In this document: in pieces, positions 7,738 to 15,730 of the stretch | Layout of the letters: every line of letters starts with the position of its first letter | Numbering within the stretch: position 1 is the first letter of the stretch | Assembly (NCBI GenBank): GCA_903916665.1 | Contig: CAIWXP010000176.1 | Span: 1-15,894 of the forward strand | Direction: 5' to 3' | Origin: Candidatus Iainarchaeum sp. | Lineage (GTDB): Archaea; Iainarchaeota; Iainarchaeia; Iainarchaeales; 0-14-0-20-30-16 | Length of the DNA stretch: 15,894 bases | Notes under the pieces: model-generated | Seen by the model: only the letters and a program-made list of their open reading frames with translations | What the model was told of the DNA's origin: nothing | Databases searched by the model: none | Translations under genes and position numbers: made by a program

Positions 7738-10700
7738 ATGGGTATACAAGATATATATTACAAATTAGAAAATGGCTATTATAGTATTTTAGATAAAATA
7801 GATAAGGCCGGATTACATGTCTATGCAATTGTTGATCCAATTGATAAAGTAGTTCCAAGTTTTGCATTAATTCTTGGTTTATTTGGATTGATAATTTTAG
7901 CATTAATATTCTATTTTGCATTTATGTTTGGTTCAGTAGGCCCAAGTACACCCGTAACTTTTTATTTTGTAGATAAATCTGGAAATCCAGTAGCAGATGC
8001 AAATGTTGAAATGTTATTAAATAGTACACCCTATAGTTACACCACAACAAAATTGGGAACCATTGCATTCGATGCTTACCAAGGAGATGTTGTTGATTTA
8101 AATATTAGCGCAGGAACTGAAACTGAAAAGATAAATGAAGTTATTTCTGATAAAACAGAATATAAATATTCATTAAGTTTTTCTTTAGAGCAGGATACCA
8201 TAAGATTTAGTGTAAATACAAATGATGGTTCGCCATTAAAAGAAATTAATATTGAATTTTTGTGTAGTAATACAACCATTGCAGCACCCAGTGCAATTTA
8301 TAGTTCTACTGCAACTGATTATTCTGTTAGTGTTGATCCACAATGTGGTAATTTAACAGCAACAGTAAAATCTAATTATTATGCAGAAGTATCTGTAACT
8401 TCTTTAACAGATTTACAAGCAATAATTGTGCAACCATTAAACTATGGTGGAAATAATTCAATAGTATTAGTTGTTTTTGATAAGGATACCAATGATTCTA
8501 TTAATGATTATTCTGCAACGGTAAGTCAAACAGGAATTGTGTTAGATAATCAAACTTCTATGAGTACTGATACAATAATGTTTTCTGGTTTATCAACAGG
8601 TTCATTTGTTGTTAGTGTAAGTAAAACAGGATATCTTCCTGCAAGTACTTCAGTAACATTACAAAGTGGTACATCAAGCGCAGTAGTTTATATGCAAAAA
8701 GATTATGCAAATATTGGTGGAAATTTATTGGTAACTGTTGTGGATGGTAGTTCAACAAGTTTGCCAAATTTATTTGGTGCAACAGTAAGTGTATACAAAT
8801 TAGATGGTGATAAACAAAGTGTTATAATTAAAAGTGCAGCAACAACATCAGATAATAATGCAACAGTAACTATTCCTGTTGATGATATGAGTTTGAATTA
8901 TTGGGTTCAAATTACAGATTCAGGATATATAACTCAAAATAAAAAATCAGTTAATCCAAGACAACCATTGGTGGTTGCATTAAATAAATTGGGGTCTCAA
9001 AGAAATGCAGTTATACAAGTATTAGATGCAGATAAAACACCAATAGGAAATGCAACAGTTGCTTTGTATGATGAAAAAGATAATGTTGTTGATCCAAATT
9101 TTGGAATAACTGATGCAAATGGTATTGCAGCAGATAAAAGTTTAGAAGAAGATGCAAAATATAAAGCCTATATTTACAAAGGACAATATAATGGTACAGG
9201 TGAATTATTTACCTATAACTCATCAACTTTACCTGCAAATGGTATTGATAGCACAGTAACATTAACATTGCCAAAATCAAGTTGGGAAATTACTTTGGTA
9301 GATAAATTTAATGCTCCTGTTCCAAATGCATTGGTAGAAATATATGATGCATACACAGGATTTCCAAATGCAGATCCAATTGAAGTAGGAACAAAATATG
9401 CGTCGCCTCAAGGTGTTTTTAGTGTATCAAATTTAAGTACAGATAAAAAATATTTTGCAGTAATTAAAGCACCAAGCTATGAAAATTATGTTAGTATTGC
9501 AAAATTTTTAGAACCAAATTCAAATGTTCAAGAAACTTTTGTTTTGGAAAAAGAAAGATTAAATAAAAAACCAGTAATAGAACAATTAGGTATTGAAGAT
9601 ACAGAAGGAAAACAGGTAATGAAATTAGGTCCTGGAAATTTATATAAAGTAAAATTTAAAATTACTTTGCCTGCTGGTGTAAAATATGATACTTTAACTG
9701 CAAATTTTTTAGTTGGTGCAGAAGATTCTTTTGTTGAAAAAGATGCAGGATATATTGATAGAGTTAATATTAGTGCGTCTGGAGTTTTAGCAAAAGGTAG
9801 AGCTTATTTGAATGGTGATTTCCAAAAAAGTATTAGTGAATCACAGACAGGAAAAGAAACAAGAGCTTTCGAAAATGATATTGTTGAAGGTACTCCATTC
9901 CAAGATGAAACTAAATGGGTTCAATTGACTTGGAATTTAAATAAATTTAATATCGAAAGTGGACAAATGTTTGTTGATTTATATTTACAAGTTAGACCAG
10001 GAACATTGGAAGGAACAACAATTCCTGTAGAATATAATATAGTTACATCTGGTGTTGATAGCCAAGGTGATGATCAAACTTATTTAGATCCTCTTGATAG
10101 TGCAACCTATGATAAAGAACACAATAGTTTGTTTAATAATAAAAAACCATTAATATTAAATGTTGGTGATGGTCAACAAATTTGTGATGATAAATTTTGT
10201 TTTGAAATGACAATATTTGATACTAATGATGAATTAAAAACAAGTGTTTCTGGAGATACTCCCTATATTGCAACATTGGGAAAGAATTATAATATGAAAT
10301 TTAATTTAATGAATAATAATATTGTTCCATTAACACACTATAGAATTGTTATTGAAAACCCACAACAAAATATTAATATGAAATCTGGAGTAATATATTC
10401 TGCAGATAATAATGCAGAAACAATGCCTCAACCAAGCAACTTTGATGACTATTTTAAATATACTTTTAGAGCAGAATCAGAAAATGATGTTTTGTCTCAA
10501 AACAGTGTAATTAAAGGGGATATTAATTTTGTTCCTATTGTTGAAGGTTCGGGTTCAATTAAATTAACAGTAATAGAAGATATGACAATAATTTACACAA
10601 AAGAATTATATGTTAGTGTTAATGCAAATAAAGAATTAAGAGTGGTTATAGAACCAGAAGTTATACCATCTTACGTAAATTTAACTGATATAAATTTTAC

Positions 10701-12471
10701 AGTTTATGATGGAAATAGCAGTGCATTTATAGATGGTGCAACGGTTAGAGTTGTTGATGTCTATAAAAATGTTTTAGCTGAAAGCGATACCAATGAATTG
10801 GGTGTTGCAAAATTAACTTTAAAATCTCAATTACCAAATATTGATTTGAAATTAAAAGTATATAAAGAAGGATTTAAAGCCTATGAAAAAATATTAAAAA
10901 CAAATGATAAATTTGTTACAATAAATCCAGAAGAATTAAAAATATCAGCAAATATTGCAGATAAATTAGGTACTGCAAAATTAACATTAACAAATACAAG
11001 TGAATTACCAGTTAAAATTACTGAATTAAGTTTAGAAGGTAATTTTGATGAGTATGTTAATTTAAGAGAAGCAAATAATTATTTATCAAATAGTAGTTTG
11101 AATAAAACAATTGATAAGAATCATTCAATTATTGTGCCGGTAAATGTTAATTTAACAACCATTGCAGAAAGTTTACAAACCAATAGAGAATATTCTGCAG
11201 ATTTAATTGTTAAAATAAGACCAGATAGTAATACAATATCAAGTACAAAAGATTGGGAATATAAAATTCCTGTTACATTGAGTATTACTTTAGGTAAAGG
11301 ATTAGATAATTTAGATTGTTTAGGTGTGGATGTTCAAAAATCTGCTTTGGTATCAACTGGTGGAAAGAATGATGAAGACACAGTAAACATTGTTAATGGA
11401 TGTACAGTAGATTCACAGCCAGTAAATTTAACAAATTTAGAAGCTAAAGTAACTTGGAAAGGAAACGCTTTGGGTAGTTTAACATTTAATAGAAATGAAC
11501 AAAGTGCAAGATTACAAAATGCATACTATGTTACATTAAATAATAAAATGACAACCCACGAGGAAGATAATTACATTGTTGATTTAGCACCAACAAATGG
11601 AAGAATCGCAGGTGTAGGTACAGTTGAAGTTTCTGTTAGAGCCGGTTATTTTGCAGACTCAGGTGTTCAATTTGTTGAAAAGAAAATTACCTATTCTGTG
11701 GATGTAATTAATATGGGAGCTTGTATAAGCTATGTTTTTCCAGATAATGAAGTTGATTTGATGACAGTTCCAAGAAATGCAAAAGGAACTTTTACAGTAA
11801 AGAACGAATGTGATACGGATATTGCATTGAAATTAGATGTATTGCCAGATCAATTTATTGATATAAGACCATTGGAATTAACAGTTCCTGCAAAGGGAGA
11901 AAAAGCAGTAATAATTGATCCAAAGAATTCTCCTGTTGGAATATATTTATTAGAAGTTAGAGGACAGGTTCCTAAACAACACTTTGAAGGAATTAAAGTT
12001 GGAAATGAAGCATTAAGAGTTTTCATTGCTCCTTTGGCCGATGATTGTTTAGTATTGGATAACTATGAATTTAATTTAATGGACACAAATGGGGGCGACG
12101 CAGAGCGTTATACTTATTTGATTAATAGATGTTATTTCAAAGATATTAAAGCAGTTTACAAATTAGATTTATTAAGAAATGATGGTTGTAAAATGGAAAA
12201 CTTTAACGGTTGGCTAACTAGCCTAGCTGGTTCAATGGTTGCGGGTGTAACCATTGGTTCAGCAATTGGTAGTGCAGTTGGTGGCGGTTGTGGTGCCTTA
12301 AACAATAGTGAAAGCTATGTTTCTGTTGATAAGAAAAAATGTATGGATGCGGCAGATCAAAACAAAGCAGATGCAAAAGCTGCTGCTGATAAAGCCGCTG
12401 CCGCAGCTGCCGCAGCAAAACCAGCAGCAACTGCAGCTTCTGCTGCTGTTCCAGCTATAACTGTTACATAG
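7738..12471 (+). CDS. Giant (~1577 aa) surface protein P2, paralog of the first ~1550 aa of P1, with C-terminal glycine-zipper helix and Ala-rich tail
   Basis: I prefer ATG 7738 to the tracked GTG 7726 for two reasons. 'MGIQDIYYKLENGYY' then aligns residue-for-residue with the P1 start 'MGLSDLYYKLEEKYY'. 'GGTGGA' (7728-7733) also sits 4-5 nt upstream as an RBS. Only 13 nt separate it from the P1 stop. Motifs are colinear with P1, for example 'CGNLT' with 16 identical nt at 8344-8359 versus 1431-1446. Confidence 0.9.
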   Translation: MGIQDIYYKLENGYYSILDKIDKAGLHVYAIVDPIDKVVPSFALILGLFGLIILALIFYFAFMFGSVGPSTPVTFYFVDKSGNPVADANVEMLLNSTPYSYTTTKLGTIAFDAYQGDVVDLNISAGTETEKINEVISDKTEYKYSLSFSLEQDTIRFSVNTNDGSPLKEINIEFLCSNTTIAAPSAIYSSTATDYSVSVDPQCGNLTATVKSNYYAEVSVTSLTDLQAIIVQPLNYGGNNSIVLVVFDKDTNDSINDYSATVSQTGIVLDNQTSMSTDTIMFSGLSTGSFVVSVSKTGYLPASTSVTLQSGTSSAVVYMQKDYANIGGNLLVTVVDGSSTSLPNLFGATVSVYKLDGDKQSVIIKSAATTSDNNATVTIPVDDMSLNYWVQITDSGYITQNKKSVNPRQPLVVALNKLGSQRNAVIQVLDADKTPIGNATVALYDEKDNVVDPNFGITDANGIAADKSLEEDAKYKAYIYKGQYNGTGELFTYNSSTLPANGIDSTVTLTLPKSSWEITLVDKFNAPVPNALVEIYDAYTGFPNADPIEVGTKYASPQGVFSVSNLSTDKKYFAVIKAPSYENYVSIAKFLEPNSNVQETFVLEKERLNKKPVIEQLGIEDTEGKQVMKLGPGNLYKVKFKITLPAGVKYDTLTANFLVGAEDSFVEKDAGYIDRVNISASGVLAKGRAYLNGDFQKSISESQTGKETRAFENDIVEGTPFQDETKWVQLTWNLNKFNIESGQMFVDLYLQVRPGTLEGTTIPVEYNIVTSGVDSQGDDQTYLDPLDSATYDKEHNSLFNNKKPLILNVGDGQQICDDKFCFEMTIFDTNDELKTSVSGDTPYIATLGKNYNMKFNLMNNNIVPLTHYRIVIENPQQNINMKSGVIYSADNNAETMPQPSNFDDYFKYTFRAESENDVLSQNSVIKGDINFVPIVEGSGSIKLTVIEDMTIIYTKELYVSVNANKELRVVIEPEVIPSYVNLTDINFTVYDGNSSAFIDGATVRVVDVYKNVLAESDTNELGVAKLTLKSQLPNIDLKLKVYKEGFKAYEKILKTNDKFVTINPEELKISANIADKLGTAKLTLTNTSELPVKITELSLEGNFDEYVNLREANNYLSNSSLNKTIDKNHSIIVPVNVNLTTIAESLQTNREYSADLIVKIRPDSNTISSTKDWEYKIPVTLSITLGKGLDNLDCLGVDVQKSALVSTGGKNDEDTVNIVNGCTVDSQPVNLTNLEAKVTWKGNALGSLTFNRNEQSARLQNAYYVTLNNKMTTHEEDNYIVDLAPTNGRIAGVGTVEVSVRAGYFADSGVQFVEKKITYSVDVINMGACISYVFPDNEVDLMTVPRNAKGTFTVKNECDTDIALKLDVLPDQFIDIRPLELTVPAKGEKAVIIDPKNSPVGIYLLEVRGQVPKQHFEGIKVGNEALRVFIAPLADDCLVLDNYEFNLMDTNGGDAERYTYLINRCYFKDIKAVYKLDLLRNDGCKMENFNGWLTSLAGSMVAGVTIGSAIGSAVGGGCGALNNSESYVSVDKKKCMDAADQNKADAKAAADKAAAAAAAAKPAATAASAAVPAITVT
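7951..9560 (+). repeat. Protein-level tandem array of ~6 beta-sandwich (CarboxypepD_reg/PEGA-like) modules in P2
   Basis: Examples: 'PVTFYFVDKSGNPVADANVEML', 'LLVTVVDGSS..LFGATVSVYKLDG', 'AVIQVLDADKTPIGNATVALYDEKD...TDANGIA', 'WEITLVDKFNAPVPNALVEIYDAY...SPQGVFSVSNL..DKKYFAVIKAPSY'. The order and module count match P1 1020-2585. Confidence 0.6.
12208..12468 (+). other. P2 C-terminal glycine-zipper hydrophobic segment followed by K/D/A then poly-Ala/Pro tail
   Basis: The translation is 'GWLTSLAGSMVAGVTIGSAIGSAVGGGCGAL ... DQNKADAKAAADKAAAAAAAAKPAATAASAAVPAITVT*'. The small-xxx-small (GxxxG/AxxxG) periodicity is typical of glycine-zipper membrane helices. The stretch is a GC-rich codon island (GCN runs) in an AT-rich gene. 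Confidence 0.7.
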
Positions 12472-12498
12472 GTATTTTATTTTTTACGGTGATTTTTT

Positions 12499-14988
12499 AT
12501 GATTAATTATAGAGAAGGGAAAAATATGAGAAATAAAATATTAGGATTTATGTTTTTATTATTCTGCATGACTTTGTTTTTTAGTCAAATATATGCAGAA
12601 GCAGCAGCATCAGGTATTGGGGGAATGCTTTCAGGTGTCGGAGGACAAACTCTAATGACTGGTGGATTAATGGCCGCTGGTTATTTAGGTGGGCAATACT
12701 TAACTAAAGCATTAGGTGGAGATAATGAAATGGCAAAAGCTAGTGGAGGTATGGCCTCAGGATTAGCAACATTAGGTGGTGCTTTAGGTGGAATTTTAGG
12801 TGGAACTGGTTGGGGTGCAATTGCAGGTATTATTGGTTCGGCTGTTGGAAGTACAGTTGGTGCAATTATGTTCGCAGCATCAAAGGATCCCTTAACAACA
12901 GTGGACCGAGGAGTTTTAACAAGAATTATTTCTTTGGATGCAAATAATGCAAGAGTATTTTCTGCAAATTATAAAGTTGCAGGTAGCGACACAGAATCAG
13001 ATTATTATGGCGCAGAATACAAAGCAGATAAAAACTTTATTAAAAAAGATAAAGATACTTACTTTGAATATACTCCTGTAAAAATAACAACTAAAAGACA
13101 ATTAAATGGCTCAGGATCAATACCAAAGGAAGTTGACACAGCAGTGTTAGTTTTTGATACAAGAGGATTACCAGATTATTTGTATAAAAGTACAGGAAAT
13201 CCCGGTGCATTAAATCCTTTAGCAGCAGGTACTCAAACACCAGTAAATGGTGCAGCAACTTCAGTATATTCTGGATCAACAACAGATCCATTTGCAGGTG
13301 CATTAGAATTGAGTGATGATTCAAGACAGGAAATGGGTTGGTGTAAAGCCAATGATCAAAGTGAATTAGAAGCAGTGGATAAAATTGTATCAAAGAATTG
13401 GGTACAAAAATTAGCTGAAGATGAAAAACAATCAAACCAAGAATCATTTGTTTTATTATTGAAATATTTAAAGCCTCAAGAAGAAGCTATTCAAATACCT
13501 TCATATAATTGTTTAGGTCCTAATGGATTATTAGGTGTAACTGGCGCAGATAATGCTCCAAAAGTATTATATGATTGGTCATGGAATACTGTAGGTGGAG
13601 TAAATACTGATTTTTGTAGTTCGGGAAATTATTATTGTGATTCAACACAATTTATGATATTCCTATTAAAAAGATTAGAAAAATATAATACTTTAGCAGC
13701 AAGTATTGATGGAAATGTATCAAGCACTGCTGATTTAAATGGAAATAGCACAGGTTACCAAAAACAAATATATGATAATTTAAATTTTAAAACATATATG
13801 ATGTTAGATGGTTTTACTCAAGACTTTTTGAAAGATTTTAAAGACTATGCAGTTAATACAAGTTATTTGGGATTTCCTTCTGATGAACAGGAAAAGTTTT
13901 CAGCAATGTTACCAGATAAAGTATCATTTAGACCTTTAAGTGGAGAAACAGTAAATCCCGAAGGTTATAGATTACCTCAAGCTGGTGCATACAATGTTGT
14001 AATAGAAGTAACCTATAAAGATGGTACAACAAACTATGAATTATTTAATAATAATAAAATATCAGATAACGTAAGTAATATCTATGTTTATTTTGAACCA
14101 GTTTCACAGGAAGTAAATCCAATTTATAATATGCCTTTGGATGCAACTGTGGGTGTGGATAAACAAGTTATAGATAGAATTGGCTATGGTGTAGATTATT
14201 CAGGAGATTCTATTTGGTTTAAAATGGACCCAAATAATAGTATGTTATTAGATCCTACTATGAGATCTAATTCAACACCAATAGTTCATTTAGACATGGT
14301 AACAAAAGCAGATACTCAAAGTCTAAATGGTTTTATGAAAGGCACAGTATTGCAAATAATTCCTAAATCAGGAGCAAATGGTGTTGCCTATGCAGTAACA
14401 AAATATAAATCATTGCCAACCTATGTTGATTTAACAATTAATAAAAAAACAGAGGGCGGAGCCTATGCTTATTATTCAATAGACTTTGGAGATAGCGGTG
14501 CACCACAGAATGCAGGTAATTCTTTTATATTGTGGAATTTAATATGTACAAAAGACAATCCAGGTTGTGAAAGTTTTAATGGTGCAAAAGAAACTGATGA
14601 TATGTATTTATCAGATAAATTGGGAGTAAATGCCAAGGTTGCACCAACTGGGCAAGTACAAGGTTTTGTCTACGGATTAGAATGGGATAAAGATTCTATA
14701 ATAAGAGATGGAAAACATAATTCTGTAAATTACAGAGGTATGGTATATATGCCCGATGATTTAGGCTCAGTAAATTTTAATGTGGTTATTGCAAGTGATA
14801 GTTCAGTTCCTGCAGTAGGTTCAACTCAAATATTAACTTCTAAAGTTGATGGAAAATTAGAAGATATAGCTGGTATATTTGATAGAATGAAAAACAATGA
14901 AATTTGTATGAGCAAAGATGGTTCAGGTATAAGATTCTGGTGGAACCCTGCAAAGGTAATGGGTTTAGCAGAAGCACCTACAAATTAA
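12499..14988 (+). CDS. Secreted/membrane-associated protein P3 (829 aa; 820 aa if ATG 12526): Sec-type signal peptide, ~95-aa Gly-rich glycine-zipper region, large Cys-containing domain resembling the C-terminal extension of P1
   Basis: 'GGTGAT' (12488-12493) lies 5-6 nt before ATG 12499. The alternative ATG 12526 yields a canonical signal peptide, 'MRNKILGFMFLLFCMTLFFSQIYA|EAAASG'. The Gly-rich block runs 'GIGGMLSGVGG...GGALGGILGGTGWGAIAGIIGSAVGSTVGAIMFAAS'. Motifs are colinear with P1 6470-7724 (see findings). The ORF is followed by a hairpin plus oligo-T. Confidence 0.9.
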   Translation: MINYREGKNMRNKILGFMFLLFCMTLFFSQIYAEAAASGIGGMLSGVGGQTLMTGGLMAAGYLGGQYLTKALGGDNEMAKASGGMASGLATLGGALGGILGGTGWGAIAGIIGSAVGSTVGAIMFAASKDPLTTVDRGVLTRIISLDANNARVFSANYKVAGSDTESDYYGAEYKADKNFIKKDKDTYFEYTPVKITTKRQLNGSGSIPKEVDTAVLVFDTRGLPDYLYKSTGNPGALNPLAAGTQTPVNGAATSVYSGSTTDPFAGALELSDDSRQEMGWCKANDQSELEAVDKIVSKNWVQKLAEDEKQSNQESFVLLLKYLKPQEEAIQIPSYNCLGPNGLLGVTGADNAPKVLYDWSWNTVGGVNTDFCSSGNYYCDSTQFMIFLLKRLEKYNTLAASIDGNVSSTADLNGNSTGYQKQIYDNLNFKTYMMLDGFTQDFLKDFKDYAVNTSYLGFPSDEQEKFSAMLPDKVSFRPLSGETVNPEGYRLPQAGAYNVVIEVTYKDGTTNYELFNNNKISDNVSNIYVYFEPVSQEVNPIYNMPLDATVGVDKQVIDRIGYGVDYSGDSIWFKMDPNNSMLLDPTMRSNSTPIVHLDMVTKADTQSLNGFMKGTVLQIIPKSGANGVAYAVTKYKSLPTYVDLTINKKTEGGAYAYYSIDFGDSGAPQNAGNSFILWNLICTKDNPGCESFNGAKETDDMYLSDKLGVNAKVAPTGQVQGFVYGLEWDKDSIIRDGKHNSVNYRGMVYMPDDLGSVNFNVVIASDSSVPAVGSTQILTSKVDGKLEDIAGIFDRMKNNEICMSKDGSGIRFWWNPAKVMGLAEAPTN
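12598..12880 (+). other. Glycine-zipper / Gly-rich membrane-interacting region of P3
   Basis: About 95 aa with roughly one third Gly and repeated GxxxG/GxxxA spacing. The last segment, 'GWGAIAGIIGSAVGSTVGAIMFAA', is long and hydrophobic enough for a TM helix. Confidence 0.7.
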
Positions 14989-15001
14989 TAATTAAATGAT
15001 A

Positions 15002-15039
15002 ATCTAGGTTAAATACCTAGATCTTTTTTTTCTTTTTTT
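15002..15039 (+). terminator. Operon terminator: perfect 8-bp hairpin followed by long oligo-T
   Basis: ATCTAGGT (15002-15009), loop TAAAT, ACCTAGAT (15015-15022), then C-T8-C-T7 (15023-15039). It starts 14 nt after the P3 stop. It is compatible with both bacterial intrinsic and archaeal oligo-T termination. Confidence 0.65.
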
Positions 15040-15042
15040 AAA

Positions 15043-15066
15043 TTTTTATAGTATAATTTATATATT
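15043..15066 (+). promoter_or_regulatory. Candidate promoter (TATA-rich) for the downstream two-gene cassette
   Basis: 'TTTTTATAGTATAATTTATATATT' lies 40-60 nt upstream of ATG 15106/15112. It contains TTTATATA-type (archaeal TATA) and TATAAT (bacterial -10) matches. The two are not discriminable in this AT-rich context. Confidence 0.3.
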
Positions 15067-15105
15067 GTTTGGTGACTAATTATTATTAGTTGATAACTTT
15101 TAGTG

Positions 15106-15375
15106 ATGAATATGTTAGAAAAAAGAAAAACCATGCCTACATTGAATACTGTTATTATGGTTGAAAATACCATAAAGAACAGCCCCTGTAGTGTGATAAA
15201 AATATCTGAAATTAAAAGAGCTTTACCTAAACAAATTAATCATAATACTTTAAAAGTTATTTTAGAGTATTTAGAGAAAAGTAATAAGATTGCATTTACT
15301 TCAAAAGGAATTACCTGGATTCATAATGATAATCCCCATTTAAGGGTTGTTATAAATAAAGGTTTAGAAATATGA
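15106..15375 (+). CDS. Small winged-helix-like DNA-binding protein, candidate antitoxin/regulator
   Basis: ~87-90 aa; the start is ambiguous (GTG 15103, ATG 15106, ATG 15112). 'IKISEIKRALPKQINHNTLKVILEYLEKSNKIAFTSKGITWI' has a helix-turn-helix plus beta-wing (wHTH) pattern. Its stop overlaps the next gene's start (ATGA, 15372-15375). Confidence 0.65.
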   Translation: MNMLEKRKTMPTLNTVIMVENTIKNSPCSVIKISEIKRALPKQINHNTLKVILEYLEKSNKIAFTSKGITWIHNDNPHLRVVINKGLEI

Positions 15376-15725
15376 AAGAAGTTAGAGTTATTCTATCTCC
15401 TGATGCAGAAGAGGTATATAAGTATTTAATAAAAGAATCAAAGAATTCTAAGATAGAGAAAACTATTTTTACTGCTTTAATAAAGAAAGTTGAATTAATA
15501 AAGTCAAACATTCATTATGGAAATCCTATTGAAAAGAATTTGATTCCAAAAGAATATGTTGAAAAATATCAAATAAAGAATTTATTTAGAGTTGAATTAC
15601 CAAATTTTTGGAGATTGTTATATTCTTTAGTTGATGGTGAAACAAATGTAGAAATAATTGCATTTGTTTTAGATATTGTTGATCATGATAAATATAATAA
15701 ACGATTTGGTTATAAAAAGAAATAA
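15372..15725 (+). CDS. RelE/ParE-superfamily-like toxin (candidate type II TA toxin)
   Basis: 117 aa. 'NLFRVELPNFWRLLYSLVDGETNVEIIAFVLDIVDHDKYNKRF' fits the RelE/ParE core pattern (xFRxxLxxxxRLIYxV...V.I..I..H..Y), with basic/aromatic residues (H, Y, R) near the C-terminus. The 4-nt ATGA overlap with the upstream small gene implies translational coupling. The family call is by eye only. Confidence 0.6.
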   Translation: MKEVRVILSPDAEEVYKYLIKESKNSKIEKTIFTALIKKVELIKSNIHYGNPIEKNLIPKEYVEKYQIKNLFRVELPNFWRLLYSLVDGETNVEIIAFVLDIVDHDKYNKRFGYKKK

Positions 15726-15730
15726 TATAT

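Noticed and set aside
7721-8279. Antisense ORFs 7721-7921 (-) and 8076-8279 (-) across the P1/P2 junction and P2 N-terminus
   Set aside because: They overlap the strongly conserved N-terminal module of P2 on the opposite strand. They are short, with no RBS or promoter and low-complexity translations.
12218-12430. Antisense ORF 12218-12430 (-)
   Set aside because: It sits on the complement of the Gly/Ala-rich GC island at the P2 C-terminus. It is an open frame by composition only, with an L/Q/H-rich translation.
12472-12498. T-runs (TTTTATTTTTT and TTTTTT) between P2 and P3 as an internal terminator
   Set aside because: T-runs of this length occur throughout this AT-rich sequence, including inside coding regions. 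The gap is only 27 nt and contains the P3 RBS, so operonic read-through is the simpler reading. Partial attenuation cannot be excluded.
13091-13447. Antisense ORF 13091-13447 (-) inside P3
   Set aside because: It is a shadow ORF within a well-supported CDS, and its L/I/H/F-rich translation carries no motif.
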